Shown here piece after piece: positions 21,217 through 31,141 of a DNA stretch of 64,000 bases. Under the pieces are notes generated by a model. The model was not told the DNA's origin. It made no database searches and saw only the letters and a program-made list of their open reading frames with translations. Numbering within the stretch: position 1 is the stretch's first letter; the number at the start of each line of letters is the position of its first letter. The position numbers were made by a program, and so were the translations under genes. Source of the DNA: Bdellovibrio sp. (GTDB lineage Bacteria > Bdellovibrionota > Bdellovibrionia > Bdellovibrionales > Bdellovibrionaceae); assembly GCA_036676395.1 (NCBI GenBank), contig JAKFCY010000002.1:1728001-1792000 (forward strand). The letters run 5' to 3'.

Positions 21217-21717
21217 CTAAATCAGCGTTTTAAGAATTTTATCAACTGAAGGGCCCACGCGCTCACAAAGACGCGTAAGCTCTTTAGCTAATTGAGTTTC
21301 AAATTTTTCATCTGTAGCATCCAGATACTTTGTAAACGGCTGTTGACCGTATTTACCCGTTCTGAACTCATAACCTTCCCATGACGAAACTTCATCATAG
21401 ATTTGATCCACCAAGGGTTTGGCGAATTCTTTACGTGAAATTTTCGTTCCAGGAATTTCATCAGCATGAAGCGCATGTAACGTTACATAGGTCTTTTTTT
21501 GTTTTTTAGGGTTTAAATCAAAATAAGATTCAAAGTGAATCCCCTGACGTTCGTCATTAAACCAATTCTTTTTAAAAACCTGTAAAGTTACTCCATCTGG
21601 ATTTTTTGCCGGAAATGGATGAACTGAAACGATCCAACGATCTTTTTTAAACCAAGGTTTGGCTTGAAGTAATTTTTCGACTTTTTTAAAACGCGAGATT
21701 AAATCGTCTATTTGCAT
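21217..21717 (-). CDS. Hypothetical protein
   Basis: 166-aa ORF with no recognised motif. Confidence 0.65.
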   Translation of the reverse strand: MQIDDLISRFKKVEKLLQAKPWFKKDRWIVSVHPFPAKNPDGVTLQVFKKNWFNDERQGIHFESYFDLNPKKQKKTYVTLHALHADEIPGTKISRKEFAKPLVDQIYDEVSSWEGYEFRTGKYGQQPFTKYLDATDEKFETQLAKELTRLCERVGPSVDKILKTLI

Positions 21718-21729
21718 GAGCTTGATGTA

Positions 21730-22080
21730 TCAGTATTCGCTATCATTTGCCAGCAACTGCTGAGGTAAATTCTTAAACGACTTAACTTTTACACCTTTAA
21801 ACTCTAAAACCCAGTAACGGTCAAAATTCTTACCCCATGCGATAGGAGCATTAGCTGCCCCAAACTGATGTGCAATATCAGCCAGCGTCTCATGCTGCCA
21901 GGCAACCAGAACCACTTGGCCATCGTATCTATCGTCATGCGATAACATCTGCACTAAATCTGTAACTTCGTCTCGAGTAAAAGGTGTCTGAATCTGCAAA
22001 CCGAGCGCACTAGATAGCGGTTGCAAAGTTTGAATAGAACGAATAGATCCCTTTTTTTTATGCGGCTTTAATGTGGCTGT
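21730..22080 (-). pseudogene. 5'-truncated histidine phosphatase family gene fragment
   Basis: RSIQTLQPL...VLVAWQHE...FDRYW C-terminal half; in-frame stop near 22083 and no N-terminal RHG motif. Confidence 0.55.
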
Positions 22081-22293
22081 CTATTCATTTGACGGTCTAC
22101 AGTTTTATGTCTTTTTTTAGTGTTTTCTCGAGATAACAGGCATGAAAAATCAGACACAATTTGTGAGTTAAACCATGAATAAATTGCTATTAATTTCATT
22201 TATCATAATCCAATAGTTTATGAATTATCTTAATTATTTTGTAAGGGGTATTTCATCATTTAAGAACAACCTTAACTGACAAAGGAAAACAAA

Positions 22294-22734
22294 ATGAAAA
22301 AATTATTAGTTATCTTAACAGGTACCCTATTAACACTAACATCAACTGCGCAAGCTAGAAACTCAGTACACACAGTTACTCTTGAAAGCAAAGCGATCGA
22401 TTTAGCGATCAACAGCGAGTCAGCTCACTTCAGAGTTAACTACCCTGGCCTTGGAAATCGTGCTGTTTGCTCTCTTGAACTTCAGGTAAGCCCGTTCAAC
22501 TATGTATCATCAGCAGGTCTTAATGACATTTTAGTTGTTGAAGAAACTTTCGCTCACCAAGTGACCCCGTTAACAATCGTTGATTCAAAATCAGCAAGCA
22601 TTGAATTAGAACGTAATTTGTACGTAACCCAAGTTTCTATTTCAACTCGCGATGGCCGCACATTGCGCGAAGCTTTAAAAGATCTTGGAATCTACAAAGG
22701 TTACTTAAAATTAGTTGGCCGCGGTTGCCAGTAA
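22294..22734 (+). CDS. Secreted hypothetical protein
   Basis: AAGGA RBS, signal peptide MKKLLVIL...AQA. Confidence 0.7.
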   Translation: MKKLLVILTGTLLTLTSTAQARNSVHTVTLESKAIDLAINSESAHFRVNYPGLGNRAVCSLELQVSPFNYVSSAGLNDILVVEETFAHQVTPLTIVDSKSASIELERNLYVTQVSISTRDGRTLREALKDLGIYKGYLKLVGRGCQ

Positions 22735-22739
22735 ACAAG

Positions 22740-23774
22740 TCATTGCGAATGTATCGCTCTCTCACTCATATCATGTAATACATCTTTGAGTGTTTCGATC
22801 ACAGGACGAAACTGAAGCGAGAGTTCATTTTGACTTTTTGAATGATCGAAGGTTGATTTACCCGCTTCTTTGTTAAGTAACTTGACCGACCCTAAGCCAA
22901 GCAACACCGGGCGACCCGTAAGGCGCGCGTAGGCTTCGCTTAATAACGCTATTACATAGAGCAAGCGAAATGGAATTGGCTTGGATGGTCCACGAACCCC
23001 AGAAACATTTTGCAACTCCAGTATCAGTTCCTTCATATTCATATTGCGACCAGCGGCAAGATAACGCTCGCCAGGTCTACCAAGCTTAGCAACTTGAATC
23101 TGTGCCCAGGCGACATCGCGAGCATCGACGACACTGAATGTGCCCGGAGGAATTCCAGGAAGCTTTTTATTTAAAAAATCTTGAACAAACTGACCTGATG
23201 ACGTGGGTCCTAAATCGCCTGGCCCAAACATCCATCCCGGCAGCACGAAACTAATACGCATGTCAGGGTGAGTCTTTAAGAAATCACGAACGGTGTTTTC
23301 TGATAAAATTTTACTTCTATAGTAGTCATCCGCGTCTTCAACTTTTCTACTCATGGTCTCGTCAATGGGAAAACCAGAAGGCCCGTCAAGAACTGCTATT
23401 GAAGAAGTATGAACCACTCGGTGAATTCCCGCTTTATAAGAAGCCTCGAGAAGCTGCTTTGTGCCCTCGACATTGATTTTATATAACTCGTCCCAGTGTT
23501 TGCCGCCCTTATAGTTGTCGCGAAAAAAAGCGGCGGTGTGAAATAGCACATCCGATCCTTGAAGATGTTTTGCAAAGCTATTGATATCGGTCATATCGCC
23601 AACGATGATTTCAACATCGAGGCCCTTGAACTGAGCCTTTGCTTTGGACTCAGATCGTGCCAGTGCTTTCACCCGAACTCCCTGCTTTAAAAGCAGACGT
23701 ACCAGGTTATTGCCCAAAAGGCCTGTAGCGCCAGTGACGAAAGCCGTATTAAAATCTTGCATTTTGCTCTCCAT
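22740..23774 (-). CDS. Extended SDR oxidoreductase (dihydroflavonol-reductase-like)
   Basis: VTGATGLLG, HTSS, YYRSK. Confidence 0.9.
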   Translation of the reverse strand: MESKMQDFNTAFVTGATGLLGNNLVRLLLKQGVRVKALARSESKAKAQFKGLDVEIIVGDMTDINSFAKHLQGSDVLFHTAAFFRDNYKGGKHWDELYKINVEGTKQLLEASYKAGIHRVVHTSSIAVLDGPSGFPIDETMSRKVEDADDYYRSKILSENTVRDFLKTHPDMRISFVLPGWMFGPGDLGPTSSGQFVQDFLNKKLPGIPPGTFSVVDARDVAWAQIQVAKLGRPGERYLAAGRNMNMKELILELQNVSGVRGPSKPIPFRLLYVIALLSEAYARLTGRPVLLGLGSVKLLNKEAGKSTFDHSKSQNELSLQFRPVIETLKDVLHDMSERAIHSQ

Positions 23775-23789
23775 TCATACTAATATGTA

Positions 23790-23832
23790 TTCAGATACCT
23801 TTAGGTATATTAAATACCAAAAGGTATCTGAA
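23790..23832. promoter_or_regulatory. TetR operator (nested inverted repeat)
   Basis: TTCAGATACCTTTAGGTAT-attaa-ATACCAAAAGGTATCTGAA between divergent SDR and TetR. Confidence 0.75.
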
Positions 23833-23869
23833 ATGCAAGTTTTTATTTTATGACTGCGAGGTGTGTTTC

Positions 23870-24478
23870 ATGGCGAGATTAACAAGAGAAGAAAGTAAGC
23901 TTAAAACACGTCAGATGCTACTGGCGGCGGCTAAAGCAGAGTTTGCCAATGTGGGTTTTGGTGGTGCATCGGCTGATGTCATCGCAGAGAACGCAGGATT
24001 TTCAAAGGGTGCCTTTTATGCAAACTTTGAATCTAAGGAAGACGTTTTTCTGGAGCTTTTAAAAAGTCATATGGACCTGGAAGCTCAGGCCATCCATCAA
24101 TTGATTCAAGTCAGTTCAACAACCAAGCAAATTTATAGTGGTATTGAATCTTGGTTTTTGGCGATGCAAAAAGATGCTGATTGGAAGCTTTTGTCTGTCG
24201 AGCTAGCTCTGCACGCAAAACGGAATGCTGAATTTGGAAAGAAATTCGATGAAGCTCAAGATCATCATCGTAAAGAACTAGGAAAGCTCATTAAATTATT
24301 CTTTGACGGCGAAAAAAAGAAATCCCCTGAAAAGCCCGAACGCTTAGCCGGTGCACTGATGGGATTATCACATGGCCTGGGCTTGGTGAAAACATCCAAG
24401 GATGATTCTGATAATATTGCAGGAAAAATCACCGTCTTATTTCTTAAAGGTTTGCTGGAGATAGCCGAGAACAAATGA
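23870..24478 (+). CDS. TetR/AcrR family transcriptional regulator
   Basis: IAENAGFSKGAFYANFESKE HTH; ATG 23870 after GAGG. Confidence 0.92.
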   Translation: MARLTREESKLKTRQMLLAAAKAEFANVGFGGASADVIAENAGFSKGAFYANFESKEDVFLELLKSHMDLEAQAIHQLIQVSSTTKQIYSGIESWFLAMQKDADWKLLSVELALHAKRNAEFGKKFDEAQDHHRKELGKLIKLFFDGEKKKSPEKPERLAGALMGLSHGLGLVKTSKDDSDNIAGKITVLFLKGLLEIAENK

Positions 24479-24515
24479 GCGGATCCCTGCTTGTTGTAAA
24501 TAATTAATTTCAGAC

Positions 24516-24548
24516 AAAAAAAATCCCAAGTTTTAAGGCTTGGGATTT
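24516..24548 (-). terminator. Intrinsic terminator downstream of tRNA-Leu
   Basis: AAATCCCAAG-loop-CTTGGGATTT followed by a T-run on the minus strand. Confidence 0.75.
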
Positions 24549-24566
24549 AAGATTCAGAATTAAAAA

Positions 24567-24658
24567 TGGTGCCCCGGGCCGGACTTGAACCGGCACGCCC
24601 GTGTTAACGAAGCTCAGGATTTTAAGTCCTGTGTGTCTACCAATTTCACCACCGGGGC
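24567..24658 (-). tRNA. tRNA-Leu (anticodon UAA)
   Basis: GCCCCGG acceptor stem, CAGGA-CTTAAAA-TCCTG anticodon arm, long variable arm, GGTTCAAGTCC T-loop, encoded CCA. Confidence 0.96.
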
Positions 24659-24739
24659 ACTAGAAATGTGAAGTTAGAATCTAGATATTTGTAAAAGCTT
24701 TGTCACGCCTTTTCATATTTTTTTTCATGGGACTTTTTA

Positions 24740-25519
24740 TTGACTAGTAAGCTGTATGCGCCAATGATGAATCATGTTGTGTCTAATGAACAAAATTTAA
24801 GAACATTCAACATATTCCACACCCTGAAAATTGCATTTCTGCCGATTTTTTTAGCGTTATTAGTATCCGGAACCCTAGATCAGTTCATAAACACTAAAAT
24901 TGAAGCAATTTTACGTTCGCCCCAAGGCTTATCCCAAACTATTTGGTTTTACGGTGCAGTCTCTATTTTTTCATCACTTCTGTTTCCGCTGATTATTACT
25001 TTTTTTGCAAGCTACGCCCTGGCTCGCTCGATTCAAGATGTCGACTATGCCGCGTTTATGCCGAAAAGCTTTGATGGCTTTTTTAAAGATAACTTTGAAT
25101 TATCGTTCTTAGAAACGATCCGCTCTTGGGGAAAAACCTTTTTATGGACGTTTTTATTTATCCTCCCCGGCATTATCAAATTCTTCTTATATATTCCGGT
25201 GCCGTTTGTGGTGTTTTTTTCGAAACGTTACCAGGCTGGCGAAGTCGATGCTTTAAAGCTGTCGCAAAAAATTGCCAAGAAGCATTGGTTTTGGCTTTTG
25301 ATCTACATGACGATGTTTACTTTCGTGTTACCGATGACTTTGTCTTTAGGCATGGACCAATACCGCGTATTTCGCGAGTACATTGTTTATGCTTCGCTAT
25401 TAACTGCAATTGATGCGGTGATCGTTATTGTTTTTCACTACTATATTTTAAAATTGATTCTAAAATTTATTAAAGACGACGATTTAAAAGGAGTTACTGC
25501 AAATGGCATTAATGTTTAA
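24740..25519 (+). CDS. Integral membrane protein (DUF975-like)
   Basis: LWTFLFILPGIIK motif, several TM helices; start uncertain. Confidence 0.65.
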   Translation: MTSKLYAPMMNHVVSNEQNLRTFNIFHTLKIAFLPIFLALLVSGTLDQFINTKIEAILRSPQGLSQTIWFYGAVSIFSSLLFPLIITFFASYALARSIQDVDYAAFMPKSFDGFFKDNFELSFLETIRSWGKTFLWTFLFILPGIIKFFLYIPVPFVVFFSKRYQAGEVDALKLSQKIAKKHWFWLLIYMTMFTFVLPMTLSLGMDQYRVFREYIVYASLLTAIDAVIVIVFHYYILKLILKFIKDDDLKGVTANGINV

Positions 25520-26552
25520 CTGGAAAGATATTAAAAATCGCGATCACGGCTTAACGTTTGATGACGTTTTAATTATGCCTAAAAAATCTGAAATGAAATC
25601 GCGCAAAGACCCGTCATTAAAATCTCGCATTACTAAAACTAAATTTTTAGAAACTCCTATTATTTCTGCCAATATGGATATGGTGACTGAAGCACGTATG
25701 GCGATTGCTATGCACCAGTTCGGTGGTTTAGGAATCCTTCATAGATTCATGGACACAGATAAACAAGTGGCGATGATTGAAGAAGTTAAAGCTTCAGGTG
25801 CGGGAATCATTTCTGCAAGTATCGGTGTGAACGCCGATTTTAAAGAACGCGCGCATGCAATCGTTAAAGCTGGTGTGAATTTAATGACGATCGATATCGC
25901 TCACGGCCATTCAGTTTCGATGATGGATACTTTAAAATGGTTAAAAGATACATTTCCTGGTTTAGAAGTTATCGCTGGTAATTTAGCTACGCCTGATGCT
26001 GCGATTGATTTAATCGAAGCAGGTGCTGACGCCATTAAAGTTGGTATCGGCCCGGGCTCAATGTGTACAACTCGTATTATTACTGGTTGCGGAGTTCCGC
26101 AATTAACAGCGATCGCATTATGTGCTGAAGCTGCTGAAAGTTACAATGTGCCGGTAATCGCTGATGGTGGTATCAGAACAAGTGGCGACATGGTTAAAGC
26201 TTTCGGTGCAGGCGCATCGGTGATCATGCTTGGTTCGATGTTATCTGGAACCATTGAAACTCCGGGAGACATCGTTAATGGTAAAAAACAATACCGCGGA
26301 ATGGCTTCGAAAAAAGCGCAAGTTTCTTGGCGCGGTGATATGCCAAAAGGCATGGCTCCAGAAGGTGAATCAACTTTTGTAACTGTTAAGGGTCACGTTG
26401 AAGATGTGTTACACGAACTGTGCGGCGGCATCCGTTCTGGTATGACTTACATGAATGCGCAGACAATATCAGAGATGCGTGATAAAACTCATTTTATGGA
26501 AATGTCTTCTAACGGAATTTCAGAATCACGCGCGCATGGAGTGAGAACTTAA
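25503..26552 (+). CDS. guaB: IMP dehydrogenase / GMP reductase family enzyme lacking CBS domains
   Basis: [41 protein letters not shown]; could be a GMP reductase. Confidence 0.8.
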   Translation: MALMFNWKDIKNRDHGLTFDDVLIMPKKSEMKSRKDPSLKSRITKTKFLETPIISANMDMVTEARMAIAMHQFGGLGILHRFMDTDKQVAMIEEVKASGAGIISASIGVNADFKERAHAIVKAGVNLMTIDIAHGHSVSMMDTLKWLKDTFPGLEVIAGNLATPDAAIDLIEAGADAIKVGIGPGSMCTTRIITGCGVPQLTAIALCAEAAESYNVPVIADGGIRTSGDMVKAFGAGASVIMLGSMLSGTIETPGDIVNGKKQYRGMASKKAQVSWRGDMPKGMAPEGESTFVTVKGHVEDVLHELCGGIRSGMTYMNAQTISEMRDKTHFMEMSSNGISESRAHGVRT

Positions 26553-26554
26553 GA

Positions 26555-27364
26555 ATGTCATTTGATCATCGCCCTATCGGAGTTTTTGATTCAGGAATCG
26601 GAGGACTAACAGTTCTTCGTGAACTCTTAAAAAACTTTCCGGAAGAAAATTTTATTTATCTTGGTGATACTGCACGTTTACCGTATGGCAGCAAGTCTGC
26701 AAATACGGTTCGCAAGTACACTGAACAAAATATGAATTTTCTAAAAAATCGCGATGTGAAAGCGATCGTTGTTGCGTGCAATACCGCTTCAACACAAGTT
26801 TTCGAAACAGAGTATGAAGGTTTACCCGTTTATAATGTGATTGATCCAGGTTCTGAATTAGCCGCTAAGATCACAGAAAATAATCGCGTGGCAGTTATCG
26901 CCACTCGCGCGACTATAAAGGCTGAAACTTACACAAAAAAAATTAAAAATCATAAACCAGAAATTGAAGTCTTCAGCACCGCGTGCCCTTTGTTCGTGCC
27001 TCTTGCTGAAGAAGGCTGGCATGATGACCCGATTACAAATCTAATTGCCTTTAGATATTTACAAGGTTTAAAAGCTCACGAAGTAGATACTGTGGTCTTA
27101 GGCTGCACTCATTACCCACTCTTAAAAATTGCGATTCAAAAAGTATTTGGCAATCACGTAAACCTTGTTGATTCAGGTGAAGCGATCGCTAAATTGTTAG
27201 CCGAAGATATGACTAAAAATCGTGTGGTTGCTAACAACCAAGCTGAAGATAAATTGTTAATTTGTCTGACTGATGCCGGAGCCCAATTTGAAAAACTGGC
27301 GCTTTCTTTAGTAGGTAATTTTACCGAACAAAAGATTGTTTTCGAAACAGTTTCTGTCATTTGA
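26555..27364 (+). CDS. murI: Glutamate racemase
   Basis: FDSGIGGL, PYGSKS, ACNTAS, LGCTHYP. Confidence 0.96.
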   Translation: MSFDHRPIGVFDSGIGGLTVLRELLKNFPEENFIYLGDTARLPYGSKSANTVRKYTEQNMNFLKNRDVKAIVVACNTASTQVFETEYEGLPVYNVIDPGSELAAKITENNRVAVIATRATIKAETYTKKIKNHKPEIEVFSTACPLFVPLAEEGWHDDPITNLIAFRYLQGLKAHEVDTVVLGCTHYPLLKIAIQKVFGNHVNLVDSGEAIAKLLAEDMTKNRVVANNQAEDKLLICLTDAGAQFEKLALSLVGNFTEQKIVFETVSVI

Positions 27365-27416
27365 CGAACCTTTTTACGCTCTAATCCCCCCTAATGCCAT
27401 TTAATATTGGCAAGCA

Positions 27417-27433
27417 TTGGCTTGGTCTCTGCA
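27417..27433 (+). promoter_or_regulatory. Candidate sigma54 promoter (duplicated copy A)
   Basis: TTGGCTTGGTCTCTGCA, GG-N10-GC. Confidence 0.5.
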
Positions 27434-27448
27434 TAGTTATTCTTTTGC

Positions 27449-28099
27449 ATGAAAACCATTAATGCCAAAATTTTGCTTCTACTACCCGCTTTACTTCTGG
27501 CGTTTTCGGCCTGTGCACCTAGCTCACGATCTAACAAAAATGACGTGGTTACCGCTGACCAAGCTATGCAAGTCGGCGATATTATCTTTCACAAAAGCCA
27601 GTCTCAGCAATCTAAAGCCATTCATGAAGCTGCAGAATCGGAGTGGACACACGTTGGAATCATCGTCTCTAAAAATGATGAATGGTACGTAGCTGAAGCT
27701 ATCGGCCCAGTGGTATCAACTAAGCTTCAAGATTTCATTAACCGCGGTAAAGATAAAGAGTACAAAATCTATCGCTTCAAGCATTTTAATCCAGAGACGA
27801 TGGAAGATAAGCTGATCAGAGCTATCAAAAAACAGAACAAAAAATATGACATATACTTCGAGTTTTCAGATGAGAAAACTTATTGTTCTGAGTTAGTTTA
27901 CAAAGTCATGCTTGCCGTGACTGGCCATGAGCTTGGTAAAGTTCAGCAGTTTAAAGACTTAAAACTGGATGGCCCTCATATGAAAGATTTAATTAAGCGC
28001 CGTTTGACTGATAAAGGCCGCGAATTAAACCCGGATGAAGAGATTATTACTCCAGTTTCGCAAATGATTGATTCCAATTTAGTTCTAATTAAAGACTAG
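27449..28099 (+). CDS. YiiX/YebB-like permuted papain-like (NlpC/P60 superfamily) lipoprotein
   Basis: Lipobox FSAC; GDIIF, WTHVGI, YDIYF, YCSELV. Confidence 0.88.
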   Translation: MKTINAKILLLLPALLLAFSACAPSSRSNKNDVVTADQAMQVGDIIFHKSQSQQSKAIHEAAESEWTHVGIIVSKNDEWYVAEAIGPVVSTKLQDFINRGKDKEYKIYRFKHFNPETMEDKLIRAIKKQNKKYDIYFEFSDEKTYCSELVYKVMLAVTGHELGKVQQFKDLKLDGPHMKDLIKRRLTDKGRELNPDEEIITPVSQMIDSNLVLIKD

Positions 28100-28140
28100 T
28101 TTTGAAACAGTTTCTGTCATCTGACGATCTTTTTTACACC
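28099..28140 (+). repeat. Direct repeat of the murI 3' end (copy of 27338-27380)
   Basis: tttgaaacagtttctgtcatctgacgatcttttttac versus ttcgaaacagtttctgtcatttgacgaacctttttac; both encode FETVSVI-stop. Confidence 0.85.
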
Positions 28141-28178
28141 CAAAAAGGTCTCTAATGTGTCAAATTGCAGCTAAGATA

Positions 28179-28194
28179 TGGCGCGGTCTCTGCT
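28179..28194 (+). promoter_or_regulatory. Candidate sigma54 promoter (copy B)
   Basis: TGGCGCGGTCTCTGCT, GG-N10-GC. Confidence 0.55.
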
Positions 28195-28228
28195 TTAAAT
28201 CTTTGGTAACTCTAAGGAAGCAGTACGT

Positions 28229-29911
28229 ATGAAACAGTCCATTTCTAAAATTCCAGTTATTTTACTAAGCCTAATTATGGCCTTATCAGCCTGTGCACCT
28301 AGCACTCAGCGCGCAAGCAATACGGGTAAAAACCAAGAAGCCGGCGTCATCAACGGCGAAGATGAGCTTCCACCAGTTGTTGAACAAGATCTAGTTTCTA
28401 ACACTGATAACTTTCAAAAACTTTTAGAAGAACAGGGTAAAACGGCCGCTGATTACGAAGCCCCTACCCAATCGATTACCAATGGCGAAGACATCATGTA
28501 TGTCGGCTACACTAATTTAAAGAACATCAAATCAGTTTTTAACCGCAACAGTAAAGAGTTAGAAGTATCTGGTCTTGCAGAAATTATGAACGCGGATAAA
28601 AAAACAATCCGCGTAAGCCAAGCTTTTAAAATCAAAGGCAAATACAAAGCTAAAACTGGAACAATTAATTTACGCCCAGTCGACGAAGAAAAAAATGAAA
28701 ATGGCGTGCAAGTTCGCGCTGTTGTTACCTGTTTAAAAAGTGATTTAGATGATAAATATGACTGCGCTCGTGCCATCATTGATTTATTCATTAAACATCA
28801 AAATAACTACTACACTGAACAGTTAGAATCGACGGCTTTTGAAAAACCAAAAATGGTTGGCGGCAAAGACTCTAGCAAGCCCGCACCAGAAGTTAAAGTT
28901 GAAATCACAGAACCTGATATTGTAAATCCAGTGAAAGTGACACCTGATCAAGAACCAGCAAAACCAGTTATTGATACAAAAATTAAAGATGCACCAGCGG
29001 CTTCAGCAGCGGTTGTGGTTAAAGTGATCGATGAAACTAAAGAAGAAGCTGACGGCGAAGCTGTTGCTGAAGTTGAAGAAGGCGATGATGGCGCTATCCA
29101 AGGCCGTTACGAAGGTAAAGCAGCATTAGTAAAATTAGCTAAATTATTCTTAACTCCTAAGGCTGGCAAAGAAGATTCTGAGGATGAAGACGACGAAGAC
29201 CAAAGTGATGATAAAAAACAAGCGGTCACTCCAGAAGTAAAAAAAGACACTAAAGGTCGCCTGATGTTAACAAACCAAGCTATCGGAAGCCCTGATCAAG
29301 GCAGACTTCGCAATGCTTCGTTTTTAAAAACGCATTTAGATACTTACAACTTAGCAAATAAAATCGTGATCGCGAATTCTTCGACAAAGAATTATTATGG
29401 TACACAAGAAATGATGAATGTCTTAGAAGCTGTTGGCGATAAGGCTTATTCATTTCAACAAAATAAAATTCATATCAGCCGTATTTCTGCAAAACAAGGC
29501 GGACGTTTACCTCCATCAGTAAGCCATCAAAACGGAATGGATGTGGATATGGGATACCCTACGGTTCAGGGCCGAGTTGGCTTTCCGATCGTGGCCTCTG
29601 GCGGTTCGATGAAAAAATCTGATTTTTCGATCGCAAAAACTTTAGAGTTATTTAAATTTATCATGACTCAAACAGTTTCTCCGGTGGATCGTTTATTCGT
29701 AGACCAGTCGATCATTAATAGACTTTGTAAAGAAGCTAAAGAAACAGGTCGTTTTAAAGGATCTGAGCGCGCGGCGATGGTAAAATTATTTGAAAACTTA
29801 CAACACGTCGATGGCCACGGAAATCATTTTCACATGCGCCTACGTTGTACGCCGAACCAACCTGATTGCCGTCACAAAGTTTATAGAAAAATGAATAACT
29901 GCGCTGGGTAG
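28229..29911 (+). CDS. Lipoprotein with C-terminal penicillin-insensitive murein endopeptidase (MepA-like) domain
   Basis: Lipobox LSAC; acidic linker; QAIGSPDQGRL, YYGT, SHQNGMDVD, HGNHFHMRL LAS-type motifs. Confidence 0.85.
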   Translation: MKQSISKIPVILLSLIMALSACAPSTQRASNTGKNQEAGVINGEDELPPVVEQDLVSNTDNFQKLLEEQGKTAADYEAPTQSITNGEDIMYVGYTNLKNIKSVFNRNSKELEVSGLAEIMNADKKTIRVSQAFKIKGKYKAKTGTINLRPVDEEKNENGVQVRAVVTCLKSDLDDKYDCARAIIDLFIKHQNNYYTEQLESTAFEKPKMVGGKDSSKPAPEVKVEITEPDIVNPVKVTPDQEPAKPVIDTKIKDAPAASAAVVVKVIDETKEEADGEAVAEVEEGDDGAIQGRYEGKAALVKLAKLFLTPKAGKEDSEDEDDEDQSDDKKQAVTPEVKKDTKGRLMLTNQAIGSPDQGRLRNASFLKTHLDTYNLANKIVIANSSTKNYYGTQEMMNVLEAVGDKAYSFQQNKIHISRISAKQGGRLPPSVSHQNGMDVDMGYPTVQGRVGFPIVASGGSMKKSDFSIAKTLELFKFIMTQTVSPVDRLFVDQSIINRLCKEAKETGRFKGSERAAMVKLFENLQHVDGHGNHFHMRLRCTPNQPDCRHKVYRKMNNCAG

Positions 29912-29942
29912 TTTGGTTGCGCGGCCTACTGGCCGCCAGCGT

Positions 29943-31124
29943 TTAAATAAATATTTCGGCTGCGATATTTTTTAGATTATAATTGCTTGCCATACTGCGA
30001 ACGTAAGCACCGCAATCTGCCATCACTAATAAATCCATCTCTTTAGTTTCAAATAACTCGAAATTTTTGTGAAACACATCTGATGATTCACAAATCGGCC
30101 CGACTAAAGAGTAATTTAACTTCGCATCAGAATGTTTTTTTAAATTATAAAAATGGTGATGCGCCTGGTACAATGATGGGCGTAAATTATTATTCATCCC
30201 AAGATCAAGAACTAACATATTTTTATTTTTAATATACTGCACCTGACAGATAAACACCGCAGACCTTGCCACGATAAAACGGCCAAGTTCTGATAAAATA
30301 TCAGCGTTGAAATCTTTTAATGAATCTTCGTACGCTGATTTTAATAAATTCCAGCGGTCAAAATCCAGATCTAAATCATGTGATTTATAATCAATACCTA
30401 ATCCCCCGCCGACATCAAAACGATCTAAGCTTGGAAATTGTTTTTTTAATTCTAAAAAATAAACTTTCATCTTTTCGACAGATTCTTTAAACACCATTGG
30501 ATCAAGAATTTGCGAGCCGATATGAAAAGATAAACATTTAAATTCAACTAATGGATTTTTCTTAATCACATCTAAACATTCAGGCACATCATTTAAATCA
30601 ATGCCGAATTTAGAATCTTTAAGTGCCGTTGAAATATAAGGATGAGTTGGTGTGTCGATTAAGGGATTTACACGCAAGCCCACGCTGGTTTTTTTATTTT
30701 TTCGAGTTGCGATTTCACTGATACGGCGAAGTTCTGCCGCAGATTCTACGTTGATCTGATAAATTTGTTGATCAATCGCAAATTCAATCTCAGCAATGGT
30801 TTTACCAACGCCTGAAAAAATAAAATCTTTCGGGCTAAAACCACAGTCAAGGCCATGCTTAATTTCGCCAAGGCTAACCACATCAAGGCCGCAGCCCCCG
30901 TCTTTAAAGAGTTTTAATATTTCAGGGTTATAATTCGATTTCATCGCAAAATGCAGCTGTTTAAGCTTTGTCCAAGATTTAACCCAGGCAATACGTTCAC
31001 TGATCAGTGATTTTTGATACACCAAGACAGGCTCTTGGTAGTTAAAGACCACTGGCAAAGCGCTTAAATTGCTGCCTGCAAAGTGTAATTCGTTATTCTG
31101 ATAGTGAAATAGTTCGCGTGACAT
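29943..31124 (-). CDS. lysA: Diaminopimelate decarboxylase
   Basis: FAMKSN, FSGVGKT, SKFGI, HIGSQ, GGGLG, GPICES, MASNYN. Confidence 0.92.
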   Translation of the reverse strand: MSRELFHYQNNELHFAGSNLSALPVVFNYQEPVLVYQKSLISERIAWVKSWTKLKQLHFAMKSNYNPEILKLFKDGGCGLDVVSLGEIKHGLDCGFSPKDFIFSGVGKTIAEIEFAIDQQIYQINVESAAELRRISEIATRKNKKTSVGLRVNPLIDTPTHPYISTALKDSKFGIDLNDVPECLDVIKKNPLVEFKCLSFHIGSQILDPMVFKESVEKMKVYFLELKKQFPSLDRFDVGGGLGIDYKSHDLDLDFDRWNLLKSAYEDSLKDFNADILSELGRFIVARSAVFICQVQYIKNKNMLVLDLGMNNNLRPSLYQAHHHFYNLKKHSDAKLNYSLVGPICESSDVFHKNFELFETKEMDLLVMADCGAYVRSMASNYNLKNIAAEIFI

Positions 31125-31141
31125 TTCAGCTATCTTAGCTA

